A stretch of 64,000 bases of DNA. Source: Spirogloea muscicola (Eukaryota). The notes below the pieces were generated by a model. The model was not told the DNA's origin. It did no database searches and saw nothing but the letters and a program-made list of their open reading frames with translations. Location: contig WELB01000021.1 in assembly GCA_009602725.1 (NCBI GenBank), positions 940,634 to 1,004,633 on the forward strand. Reading direction: 5' to 3'. Shown here in pieces: positions 39,801 to 51,975 of the stretch; position 1 is the first letter of the stretch, and each line of letters starts with the position of its first letter. The position numbers and the translations under genes were made by a program.

Positions 39801-40559
39801 CCGTGTGCTTGGGAAATGCCGTTCGCTAAGCTTGCTTGGAAGACGGAGCCTCCTCGCCAGGCGAACGGACCTGGTCCTCCGGGGTTTAAACTGGTTCTTC
39901 AGAGACCTAGTGGGTGGAAAAGCAACTCTATCAAGAAATAGAAGGGAGCGACGGCTACGAAAGGCCAGCTCAAGAGAGGGTCCTTGACGAAGAGTGGGAA
40001 TCGGCTGTGAAAGAAGCTAAGCAGGCGGGGCCGATGGTGTGCAATCGATGCGGCTGCTGATGTTAATAGAGCGGCTGTAAAGCCAGCCAGGTACATGGAG
40101 AGCATGTTCATGACTACACTAGCGAAGCCACAGGCTATGTAGACGGGCGCTCTTAGTTACCCCGTGTCAGCAATAAGGAAGTCAGATGAGCTGAGGGGAG
40201 GAAGAGCAACCCAGCTTCGCAAGCTAGAGGCTTGAAAGGTGTGAAAGAAGAAGTAGCTCGTTTACAGGGGGCAATGGCTGCAAAGGGCCAGCTCACACTC
40301 GTGTGGATGGCCAGGACTAATCTGTGGTGATTTTTACATAGCTGGAATGTTAATGCAGCAGCGACTTAACAGATGCTTGGAGACGAGACACCTCATCTGG
40401 CAAGCAGCTCTACGTTTTCCAGCTTCTTCGGACCCTGTTCATTCATTGTTCAATGGTGGTCTGGCTTTTCACAGCCCTCGCCCCAACTGGAGGAGCTGCT
40501 TTGTCCAAGATGCCGCTGGCGCAGCAGGTTGGGAAACCCTTGCGTGTACTGGAATATTG

Positions 40560-41330
40560 GAAGGCCAAAGTGGCAAGGTACAACGGCAAGCACATCTGAT
40601 GACATACGTTGCCCAATACAAAGTGACTCGCTCAGAAACCACGGGTCAGCACATAAAAGTCGCTAATTGCTGCCTGAACACCAGATGGCAATTCAAGCTC
40701 TTCTGCCACCAACTAGAGCTCGCTCAGCTCTCTCGTGCAAAGCATGAGCCTGATCACGCTGCAAACAGGCCGACACTTGACGGCGCAAGACAGATGTGCA
40801 GTTGGCAAGCCCATCTCGGCCGGGAGCACATCTGCGTATCGTGTATAGCCTTGATTGGCAATCTTGTCAAGGAGAATTTGTAAATCGAGGACCTGTATAG
40901 CCAAAGCTGGCTGCAGCTGGCAGGAGCTGATCGCAGTGGGGTTAGTCGATGTAGTGCTGCAGCTCTCTGCACTGCCCACTGCGTGGCCAGCGATGTGAGT
41001 CGATGCTGCACCTACGCATGTCTTCGTAATGGCGACATCAACCAAGGCCCGTGAGCCTCCACCAGGTTGCACGCTCACAATGTCTAGGGTGCGGCGAAGA
41101 TGACGTCCTTGGGCATCCTTGGTGATGGGCATGATGATGACCAATTCCACGACCGCACAGTAACCGGCCGACATGCAGCAAGCCCGCCAGGGCATCGCGG
41201 ACGAGGTTGTGAATGCCCACCACTGCCGGTCCAGTGGGGCACCAAAGCATGTGTGTAGCGAGCTCACCACCCTCTGCACGAAAGCCAAACTCACACTGAA
41301 ACGGTAGTACTACTACCACACCATCCACTT
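40560..41330 (-). mobile_element. Divergent non-LTR (RLE) retrotransposon 3' part, older family
   Basis: CEFG..ELATHMLWC..IHNLVRDAL, RRTLDIV..RALVDVAIT..GHAVGSAE; 3' end homologous to ~6720-6840. Confidence 0.8.
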
Positions 41331-42039
41331 GTCAATAACCGGCAGTTGATGAAGCATAGTCAAGTATTCTAGACAAGGAGGAAGGAGGTGACATGGTGCT
41401 TACAGGCAGGGCCCCAAGAGAGCACAGGTGCCAACATGCAACAGCTGCAGCATCGACTGGTTGTGGTGCATTCATTGAGCTTGACGATTGCACATCCTGC
41501 ACAAGCGACGGCTATTGAGGGTGTCATTCAAGTGATCTGATACTCTTTAATTTGTCAAGTTGCAGTTCAGCCTGTGACTTCGCTATGTGACGGCCAGTCG
41601 GTAAATCTCATGTACTGATCAAATGGTGTAAGGAAGCGGTACATTTGGTTAGATATTTTGACTCTTCTCAATCTTCTTCTTCTACTCTACAATTCTGACA
41701 GATGTCTCTGCTCTGAGAAAACCGCCGATCGCAAATACGGTGAACCAGCGACTGGGCTGGGCAAGCATCCTGTCCAATGCAGTGGTATGGTAAACCAGAG
41801 GATGCGCTAGGTAATCATCTGACTTAGCCTAGTGGGCCGTGAGAGCGCTCCGTGTGGAAGGGGTGCCCTGGTTTGTCGGTCGACATTTGATGACCAGATC
41901 GACAAGATCTGGTCATCAATGTAAGGAGGGCACATAATACTTTGACTATAAGCCATGGTCATCAAAACTCCGATTGACCCCAAGCGTCAAGCGATTTATC
42001 TGGCTACATTGCAGGTTAGTAATTGAGACTTTAGTGCTC

Positions 42040-43900
42040 TCTTGTCATCGCTTTTTCCATGACAAGAGGTAGTAGAAAACGAAAGAGGTCATGCATTTTT
42101 GGGCTGAGCAAGTGAAGCTTCCGGCCATCTAGATGCTCCAGATTGGTGTTGATTGAGGGAGACCCTTCTTCGGAAGCATAGTGGAGCTCGCACAGATTAA
42201 AGTCATCCTGCAGAAGAACATCTTCTGGTCCATCACCTTGCAGTTATTGCACAGGGAGAAGGGTAAACTACTATGGCCTACTCTGCTGACAAAAACAGAG
42301 CTGGCTGCCTGCATTCTAAGAAATCAAATAGTGATCAATAATAGAGCCAGAGCAAGTTTAAAGCAGGCCATGCATTATATCTATACAGCTTCCACTACAC
42401 ATGCATCAGAGGCTTCTCATAGATTAAATGTGCCCCTTCTGATTGGCTGCTGAGCACGTACGTTATCCACTTCATTTCATGCTTGCTTCCACTCCCTTTC
42501 CTGACCCATGAGACTGAGGCCTCTGTGACTTCATAATGCAGAATGACATTGAAGACCTTAAATTTGTGTGGACTACTTCACTTCGTTACTGTGGGAAATC
42601 AGATATGGATGACGATATATACAGCAATGTGCTCTGTCATCTTGGTAGAGCAACTTGACAAGACAATGGGAAACCACATCACAGTAACTTGGCAGAATCT
42701 CATGTGAGAGGCTGTGACTTTTGATACGGAGAAGTGAAGGCCAAGAAATACCTCACGGTATACTGATGATGCAGTTTCGTGTTAGGTTTGTCTGAAGGGG
42801 CCCTGCCTTCAAGCACCAAGTCCACGGGTTCATCCTCGTCACTTTGGTACATATATGTGCGCTCAAGGACATGCTCATCAGCAAGTTTTATCAACCTAAT
42901 TCTCAGACGCTTCCGCCTGCCATTTCTTGCCTGCATGACTAGAGAGCTCTGTGTCTTTGCATTGAGCATAGAAGTATCTGTCATGCAGCAATCTGCACCG
43001 TCTGCCTGTGAAGAAACATGTTTCAATGTAGCTGACAATATGGGTCAGTCAATCAAGCTTGCTGTCCTCTTTTCGATAATAGATACTGCTCCAGGCACGA
43101 GCTTGAGGCACATCCGTTCTAATCTCTAGTGACTCTTGTCAGAGGAAACATTCCTGGCAGGGCTTCTTTGGAAGGACACAGAGCCTAAGCTACGCAGCTC
43201 CAGGCAGACTCTGATGCATAGGTACAGACTTGCAGATCGATATTGGAGCCCCTCACCAAGCACCACCAGTAGCATGGCTGCATGTCTACTCTTGAGTTCA
43301 TCGAATTTTAACTTGTCAGATCCCATGGTTCAATCCCAAAGACGGCCTTGTCAGAAATGAGCATCTTCTCTTGTTCTGTGAGCTTCCCTGCTGACCGAGC
43401 TTTCAGGTAATGCATTACCAAGTCTTCGTCTGTGGGAACGAATTGGAGGCCCACAACTCGACGGTCTGCACAAAACCAAAGGGTCACATCCTGCTCGGGC
43501 CACAGCTTCACTGTGTAGTTCCACAGTGACTTTTGAAAGACAAAGTAGAATCCTTGCTAACTGCCTTGAGGACAAGAGTAGGGAACGTGGCTTTAAGCAA
43601 GAGACTGGGTGGAGTGCCTGTGCTCGCTGGACTTGTGCTTCCATGCGTGTGCTGATGTACACCATACATGCATTAACTTACTGACTCTATCACAATGACT
43701 GGACAACGAGTGGCCCAATACCTTCTCTCCCAAGTCTTTTGCGGGTGTGTGCAAAGTACCTGATGTGGTCTCCTCTTTGTGCAGTATGCGAGACGGGAAT
43801 GAGTGGCCCAAGACCGTCATTGGAGAGTCCTGCATTAATCGTTCACCTTTCAGATGTTCCAGATGTTGCAGACATTCTGGTCAAAGGCTGCTGGTGGCAA
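42040..43900 (-). pseudogene. NAC-like pseudogene copy 5
   Basis: Exon 43465-43313 RRVVGLQFVPTDEDLVMHYLKAR..ISDKAVFGIEPWDLT is the most canonical A/B subdomain in the window. An upstream exon ending 43847 reads SSL*PECLQHLEHLK in phase; candidate subdomain E DDFNLCEL starts at 42207. Confidence 0.8.
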
Positions 43901-45407
43901 CCGGCACACAGCAGGACTGGAATTAAAGGGACCGGTACTAGTTGAGCTGACGCGTGCAGAGCACAAAGAAAGCCTATGCTTGCATGTACAGCATGTGGCT
44001 CCAACAGGTAGTCAGTAGGTTTGGGGTGTACCATAACAGCAGGGAGTGCTGAGCTCAGCGCACAGTCAGCAGCTCGCAGTATATGAGTTCCAACACTTTC
44101 CTGCACAGCATGCCCGGGCACACTCCATTCACATGAAGTCCGGGGCAATGTTGTGGCTGCATAAGGATCCTGCTTCTCACATTCACCGGGCACCTCATAA
44201 GCACACTCCTCGGTGCTGCTGTCCGTCCTGCGGACCTCTTCACCTCCAAAATGTTGGACAGGATGAAGGTTAGTGCTATCCGGGTGGTCACAGTAGCGAG
44301 CTTCAAACTTCGAAGCGCGCCATATGAGAGACTCACATTACAAGGAGATCTGAAGCTTTGCCAAGACTGTTCGCATGCAACATATTTGAGCTCTAAACCA
44401 GGGAGCTGCTGGAAGTTAAGGTCACTAACTCTAGGCCTGCAGATCCATTGTAGCAGGAGCGAATGTTCTTCCACCATGGCTACTGCAGTGCCTGTTGCTC
44501 CATATACTTCCCGCCTGATGCGCTCGAGTGAGCTTGTGCAATGAACATAGATTGGGGAGACATGACTCCTAGCAAAGGGCAGGGGCTGGTCTTGATTAGC
44601 CAAAGAAGCTTGCACCCGGCTTGAAAAGGAATGCTGCATTCCCATCTCAAAAAATCCCTCGCGCAAGGAGAAGCGTGCGTATTAAGAGATAAACGGCCTG
44701 TGTGGCCAAGTACAAAGGCAAGCACATTGACAAATGTACATCGCCTGCTGCTAAGCTGACCCACTCAGTAACCACGAGTCAGCACATAGAGGTCCCTAAG
44801 TGATGCCCGAATACCGGACGGCAATCGACAAGCTCTTGAGCTACCAGCTGAGGCTCGACCAGCTTTCTAATGCAACGCATGAGCCTGAGCTGGCTGCAGA
44901 CAAGCTGACACTCGACGACGCAAGAATGACAATTAGGCTGTCGGCATGCCCATCTGAGCTGGAAGCATATCCTCACGTCAAGCATATCCCAGACTTGCAA
45001 TATCCTCCTGCAGCATATGGAAACGAAGACCCATGCAGCCGAAAGTGTCAATCGCGGTTCCACAATGGCGCGATAGCCGATTCCTCACGCAAGCGGACCT
45101 CCCAGATGGACGCATTTTGCTCGTTCACACTGAGAGTGATACTTGTGCACAGCAGGACCTGAAATATTAATTCCAGTATATTTTCACAGACAAGATCCAG
45201 ATTTTCCATAAGTGAGGTTTGACACCTGAAGGTCAAGCGACATATGGAAATTCAGCAAGGTCATTGATATTGGCAACCTGAGGCAAGCAACTTTGTCAAG
45301 AAACTTTGATCGATAGGAAGCTTGTCTGGCAGTCAAGCCCTTCATGCCATGCTTCTGACACCTGAAGGCCTAAAGAACCTTGATGCTTTTTTGCCACTTG
45401 CACACCC

Positions 45408-47507
45408 CTATCCAATGACACATAGTAAGCCCAGAACTGCCCACTTGTGAAACATATAGGAACGTGAAGCATTGTAAACGAGAGCTAGATTGTTGTGGCT
45501 ACAAGTTTCAAGCCAATGAGAAAAGATTGCTGCAGTCAACGTCTTTCTGTACTTACAAGGATGCCTCACATAGAACAAAGGCGCACTGCATGGTATTACG
45601 CAAGTATTAAGCCAGAGCCAAGGCTGCCCCTGCTCGAGTGCCAGAGGCCCATCTCTTTCTAAGTCACTCAGTGTCGAGTAATTTCCATATGCAATAACGA
45701 GATCGACGAGCAGTAAGATGCCATTTGCGAACTGTTCGTCCAAGGTGCCCAAACATTCATGAATGGTAAGTTGTCGCTCTTTGATGACATGGTCATAGTA
45801 GCCGTAGCAAGTAATACGTTCGTTAAAGAGGCTTTGCTCCAGGCTCCTCTCATGAGGCTCTGCACATGGCAAGGCTTGCACTGATAGTGAGAGGCCTGCA
45901 ATATCCTCAGCTATCTGCTGGGGACTGCACAAAATGTCCGAGCAACCGACTGAACACCTAAGTAGCGTTTGTAGAGTGCAAACACAGAATCTCAGGAGCA
46001 CCTCTCTTGTGCAGCATCTCCAGCAACTCCACCACAAAAGGCGTCATTGATATACCTGCATGAGGATGATTAACACCATTCACAGCAACATGCCGCCATG
46101 ATGGGTCCTGCCGTTGCAGAGCAGCACGCCACCTATCCCGATGGCCAAGGAGTCTTCTTATAAGGTCGCCCTGAAAAGCAGATGATCCTCTCTCTCACCA
46201 GACTCTCCCACCAAGTGTCGCCGAAAGAAGTAGCTTCCTGTTGAATTTGACAGGCTGATAGGCTTTGGCCCTGCAGTGCCGCGCTGGCTCGCATCCGAAC
46301 CACTCGAACGGCCACGCGACTGACCCTATACCAGCGCACCTGCATCAGGTCTGCTGCAAATCTTGTTTGCGGCAGTGACTTTCGCTGTTGCACCATCCAT
46401 CCTTGCACGACCTTCAGTCTGTCTTCTGAATCTCCTGGACTGTAGATCCTTGATGCTTATTTCCCACTTGCCCTCCCCTATCCAATGACTACCAAAGGAA
46501 GCCCAGAACAGCCCACTCGTGAAGCATATAGGAACGTGAAGCATCTTGCACGAGAGCTAGCTTGTTGTGGCTACAACCTACAAGCCAGTGAGAAAAATTG
46601 CATTAAGACGACAAAGGTCTGTACTTACGAAGATGCCTCACATAGAACACAGGCGCATTGCAAGTAATAGGCCAGAGTCAAGGCTGCCCCTGCTCGAGAT
46701 GCCAGAGAATCATCTCCTCCTAAATCACGCAGTGTCGGTTAATCCCCACATACGATGACGAGATCGACGAGCAGTAGGATGCCATTTGCAAACTATTCCT
46801 CCGAGGCCCAAATATCCATAAACGGTAAGTTGTCGCTCTTCGATGACATGATCATAGTAGCCGTAGCAAGTAACACGTTTATCCAAGAGGCTTTGCTCTA
46901 GGCTCCTCTCATGAGACTTTGCGCATGGCAAGGCTTGCACTGATGGTGAGAAGCCTGCAATATCCTCAGCTATCACTGGGAACTGCACACAGTGTCTAAG
47001 CAACCGACTGAGCACCTAAGTAGCGTTTGTAGAGTGCAAGCACAGAATTTCAGGAGTACCTCCCTTGTGCACCAGGTCCTGCAACTTCACTACAAAGGGC
47101 GTCATTGATTTAGCTGCATGAGGATGACTTGTACCAATTACAGCAGCATGCCACCATGATGGGCTGCTCTGCAACCTGCGGTTGCAAAGCAGCACGCCAC
47201 CTATCCCCATGGCCAAGGAGTTTAGTTAAAAGGTCGCCCTGAAGCGAATGATCGTTTCTCACCAGACTCTCCAACCAAGTGTCGCTGAAGGAAGAAGCTT
47301 CCTGTTGAACTTGAAAGTCTGATAGGCTTTGGCCCTGCAGAGCCGTGTTGGATCGCGACCAAACCACTCGATTGGCCGTGCGACTGACCCTATACCAGTG
47401 CTCCTGCATCAGGTCTGCTGCAACTCCTCTTTGCGGCAATGATATTCTTTGTGGCACAATCTCTCCTTGCGCGAGCTTTAGTCCGTCTTCTGGTCTCCTG
47501 AACTCTA
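45408..47507 (-). pseudogene. Tandem ~1.07-kb duplication of unidentified 'family Y' coding sequence
   Basis: 45409-46444 and 46479-47507 align throughout (offset ~1070); shared peptide IAEDIAG.S.SVQALPCA..HERSLEQSL...R.TCYGYYDHVI.ERQLT; the copies carry different stops and frameshifts. Confidence 0.85.
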
Positions 47508-47870
47508 TGCATCACCTTCAAACCAGAGGATAAGAATTTTACAAACTTTTTATACATTGCCTCTATATCGTTTCGTCAGGTTGCTACACAGACATGAATG
47601 TGCTGTATGCCATAGAACACATGTCATCTGCTGCCACAATGGAATCACTAAGACCACCTTGCGGTGGTCCTCCTCATTCTTCTTGCAGCATAAGGTCACA
47701 GAAGTCTCTCACCTAAGAAAAGAGACTGGAGGTCTCAATAGCAAAAGCAATACACAGACAAATGAAGCTTTGAGGATAGACGTAACATCTGGCTGGCAAC
47801 CAGCCAGTAGCAACACGGGTAAATGGCAGATGCTTTCCTTTATGAATATGAGGTCGACGTGGCCAAAAAT
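47505..47870 (+). pseudogene. Faint NAC-like remnant (copy 8), apparently lacking intron 1
   Basis: ITFKPED..FL, cagacatgaatgt...ctgctgcca (cf. copy 1 cagatatgaatgt...ctgctgcca), CGGPP, and WQM..YEYEV occur in the expected order but in shifting frames. Confidence 0.35.
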
Positions 47871-48591
47871 TAGATTACTTGCTTATTGACGTGCTCTAGG
47901 TGCATTGACTGGTTACCATCGACATTGACTGTCAACCCTGTAAGATATGACTAGTAACCACGTGCTTGCCAAAGTGTGAGGAGAAGGTTAGTCTCTTCTT
48001 GGAAGCGGACGTTCGGTGGTTTTGTTATTTTCTGAAGAGGTATCTGGTGCACTGTGCTCTGATTTTATTGTTTGCAAGGTCAATTTTGCTGCCGAATAGT
48101 TCATTGCTCAAGCACCTAATGCTCCAAGTCACCAACTTGGAGCATTAGAGTAAGCAGTGAAGTGCGCACTGACGCATTACCCTCGGGTAAGGCTTCATGT
48201 TGTATGTCATAGCCAGCCAGAGATCTGGGCAAAGCAGGTGTGAAAGGGAGATGGCAGATCATCAAAGGAGGACTAGCCGGGGGCAAATTGACGTCAAACT
48301 TGACGAGGGCAGTGGTCATGTAAAAGCCCCTCAAACACGGAACAGAGCAATAAGTACACTGCACCTCAGGACTTGTCTAGCTTACTAGATAATCATCTGT
48401 ACGTGTTACGCGAACGACCATCAATTCTACTTGTGCAGATGGCTGTTTCAAGGACCACAAGGTGCACAAAGCAACCTGGCTGGAAGGACTAGTTGCCATG
48501 TCCACTACTGTACTGTATAAGGAGCAGGCACTTCTTTGAGTTACTGTTCTTTGTTGCTATTATGCATCCTCATACTGCTACTACTCGCAAA

Positions 48592-50100
48592 TCATTTGTT
48601 GCAGATAAGGTCAATGAGAGCGTGGCGCTCTCGTGCCATGGCATCCTTTGCGAGAAATGGCAACGAATAAGGGAAGCGCTCATTTCCGATGTCATAATTC
48701 TTTGGGCTGAAGAAGCACCGAAGCGTTGCAACTCTCTTCAGCTGTTCAAGCTTGCCGCTCTTGTCCAGGGTCATGAATTCCTGCAAGTCTGGCGCAATCT
48801 CAATGTCGAAGCTTTCGACGCTCTCCATCACACTTGCTTCTAGCTTTAGTACAAGATCTTCAGCCATGCAGTAATGGGCATGTGCAATAACCTCATCACC
48901 AGCTGGTGTTTGTCTGCAGAAATGAACGCAGCATTAGCTTAAAAGGCATACGCACAAACAAGGGCTGATCATTGATATGCACAAAGACGAGCTGACCATG
49001 GTTGCATACACGTAAAGCAAACCTTGTGACGTTCATCGAAAACTTTTGACAAGCACGCTGACACAGTACGTGCACAGTCTTGACTGCGAAGCTCGCATGT
49101 GCATTGCTCGATGCAAATCGCAATCAGAACATTGGCCAGACCACCAGAGGAAAACCTTACCCAGGTTCTTTCCATATACTTCCTATCCAAGAGTCCATCT
49201 TAGGCAGAATGAAAACACACTGCATGCTTCGTCGAAGACGGTAGGTCAGAGCCAAGGGCTCCCCGTGGATCTCCTCGGCTCTGCAATTGGCTGTAAGGAA
49301 CATAATGACGAGGTCTGCTGCCAAAATTTTGCCACTGGCGAAGTTGGTCCTGACGGTTCCAGCGCTATCGGTGAGCACTATTTTTTTGGCGTCGATGAAG
49401 TAATCGTGATCTGCTGTGGTTCCTACACCGCTGGGGCATGTCCGAAGCGCATCCGTTTCCTCATCCACTGCAGTTGTATGCATTCACGCCTGAACGATGA
49501 GTAGGAGGCCTGACTACTCATTACTGTACTTCACACCGTCTGCGTCGGACAGCTGATTCCACCATCAATTGCTTTTGGCTAGTCGCATGCTACAGTTCAC
49601 CCCGTGACTAACCATTACCTATGTAGTGGAGCTCCTCCAGCATCTGACGGACAAAGGTTGTCTTCCCAAGGCCTGAAGTTCCAATTACAACCACATGACG
49701 CCAGGTCAGATCGCAAGGTGGCAAAGCAGCACGCAGACGGGTCTGCAGGTCCTGCAGAGCTGCCAGGGGCAGTGAAAGGTGGCTCTTTTGGGCTACTGCC
49801 TTCTTCCATTTGCTGCGTGCCTCTTTCGCCTGGCCTTCTGCCACTTGTACTTGCTGATGATAGAGGGTCAATGTTTCTTGCATGTCCTTGGCCTTCTGAG
49901 CTGCCTCATCACTCGCTCTCTGGAGATCGATTGCTGCGTCCCGCAACTCCTTGTCATGCTGGGCCCACATCTCCGCTGATGCTGCTGCTGCTGCCCGACT
50001 TTGTTCTTCCCGTATCTTGTCATTGCGCTTTTGTTCCTCCTCTAAGGCAGCGCACGCCTTGATTGCCTCCTCCTGCAGTGCTCGAAGCTGCACATGAATG
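48592..50100 (-). CDS. Coiled-coil + P-loop (TRAFAC-class) GTPase, IRG/IIGP-like; start and last exons uncertain
   Basis: Coiled-coil LEEEQKRNDKIREEQ..., G1 VVVIGTSGLGKTT, in-phase intron 49618-49468, G2 SGVGTT, G3 LTDSAG, ADLVIMFL, G4 ILPKMD; TATAAG in a GC-rich upstream region (~50760). Confidence 0.75.
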
Positions 50101-51015
50101 TCGAAGTAGTGAGCCACAGCCACTGTCCGTAAATGGCTGGTGAGGAGGCGTGGCCTCGAGGACCTCTGGATATGGGTGTCGGAAGATAATCGATGCAAGT
50201 AGCAACTGTCCTTAATCAAGACACGCAGCACATCATGGCCATGAGTGAATTGGACAGCATGCCATAAGTTATTGTACAAGCTGTTAGCGCAAGCAGTTAT
50301 CCCTGGCAAAGGCAGTCATGGGTAATCGTGCTCTTACCCACAGCAAAATGATCGATGGCTGTCCACCACCCCGGGAACCAAACTAGGCCATGAGAGAGCA
50401 GGTCCAAAGTCTCTCGATCGAGTACCACCGCTTGCGAGATAGTCTAGTCTTGCCTGAGTTGTCCATCATGGGCCCACGTGGCACATGTCAGACCTCAATG
50501 CTCGTTGTCAACGAAGTGGTGAGAAATCTTTTGCTGTGGGAGTGCTTGCGCAGAGCAGAGAATTGACCTGGTGGAGAGATGAGGCGGCCGCTGCCGAGCC
50601 CGGTGGGAAGCGAGACTGCTTGGAGAGGTGTGCTCTGGTGGCGAACGAGGGCCCCGCGAGCTGCAGGCTGTGCAAATGGGCGGCGGGAGAGGAGAGGAGT
50701 GGAGAGGAGAGGGCGGGTGCGGCGGCAGGACGGGCAGGCGAAGGGGCTGGATGAGCGACTTATAGGCAGGTGCGGGCGCCGGGGCGGGGGGGAGATTGGC
50801 GACAGAGACTGCAGCTGGCTGGTATGTGAAGAGCTGGTATGTAAACAGCCAGCCAGCTCGGCGGCGGCAACGGGCTTCGGCCGCCACCGCGGGCGGCCGA
50901 AGGCCCGCCACGGGCACGTGGCAGTGGCGGCAGTGGCGGCCCCCCGTTTCTCCGCCCCGTCATTGGAAAAAGCGTGTACTGAGTAACGGGGGGCCTGAGA
51001 TACGTTCTCGTTTAG

Positions 51016-51950
51016 AAAGTGCTCGCCCATAGAGAAGAGGGGCTGGCGAAAGAAGAAAGGGGAGGGCTCGCCCATAGAAAAAGAGGGGCTAGCAAAGCGA
51101 GCCCAGAAAAGAATGGACATTGTCCGCAGCCCTCAGAAGGCCACAAAGCAGTGCCAGGAGAGACAAAACTACACACCAAGACATGAAATGATGCAGATGG
51201 ATGCTCAGTAACCACGAGTGAGCAACAGCAAATCAGAATAACTCGAAGCAGGAAAAGCGGCACTCTGACCCTGAGGCAGCAGCCATAACGCGGCCACCGC
51301 GCGTGTGGACCGCATGAGCCGGAGAGCGCTGGAGCGAGACCGCCAGTCTCATTCGAAAGACCTGAGCGAGGGAGCCGGCAGCATTGAAGCCTGGCGAACC
51401 CGGCCGCCGCTCGATGGCCCGCCGGGCAAGCCGCTGGAGGAGATCCAGCCAGCCACTGCCGAAGGCCCCGTGAACGTCAGTGGCCAGGGCCGCGAAGGCA
51501 TCGCCTGGAGGGTGCTTAGCGTACTTGCACTCCGAGCCGCCAAAGAGAGAAGTGGCACTCCCAACGTGCGGCAAGGGCTGTGAAAAGCCAGCCCGAAAAG
51601 GATTGACAAGGGTTCAAAGGGGCCAAATGACGGAGGGGCCTAAAAAGCGCTAAGCAGCTATGAAGGGGCCTGAAGCTATGTCAGAACGGGGGAGGCTGGA
51701 TCACTCAGTAATTGCGAGTGAGGAGCCTCAAATCCGGAAAACTAGCTGCCGGAATAAGGTTGCCGAACCCTAAAACATCGTCTGGTAGTGTGATCGCCGC
51801 GTGAAGTGGGAGCGCTGATAACCACGCCGCCGCCTCGGGGCGTGGTTATAGGATTTAGGGGCTAGGGTTTAGGCGCTCGGGGGAGGAGGCGGAGAGGATC
51901 CGGGCGCGCCCTCGATGGTCGTGCGGCGGAAGGAGCTCCACCACCTGGTT
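51016..51950 (-). mobile_element. Nest of non-LTR fragments (RLE C-terminus + 3'UTRs; internal GAAAWL-region piece at ~51795-51948)
   Basis: CKYAKHPPGDAFAALATDVHGAFGSGW..RLAVSLQRS..LLLTRGY*; second 3' end at 51570-51750; 51795-51948 matches 11025-11133. Confidence 0.85.
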
Positions 51951-51975
51951 TAAGGTTTAGGGGCTAGGGTTTAGG
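51854..51975 (+). repeat. Two interstitial telomere-like tracts
   Basis: Identical 20-mer tttaggggctagggtttagg at 51854-51873 and 51956-51975. Confidence 0.8.
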
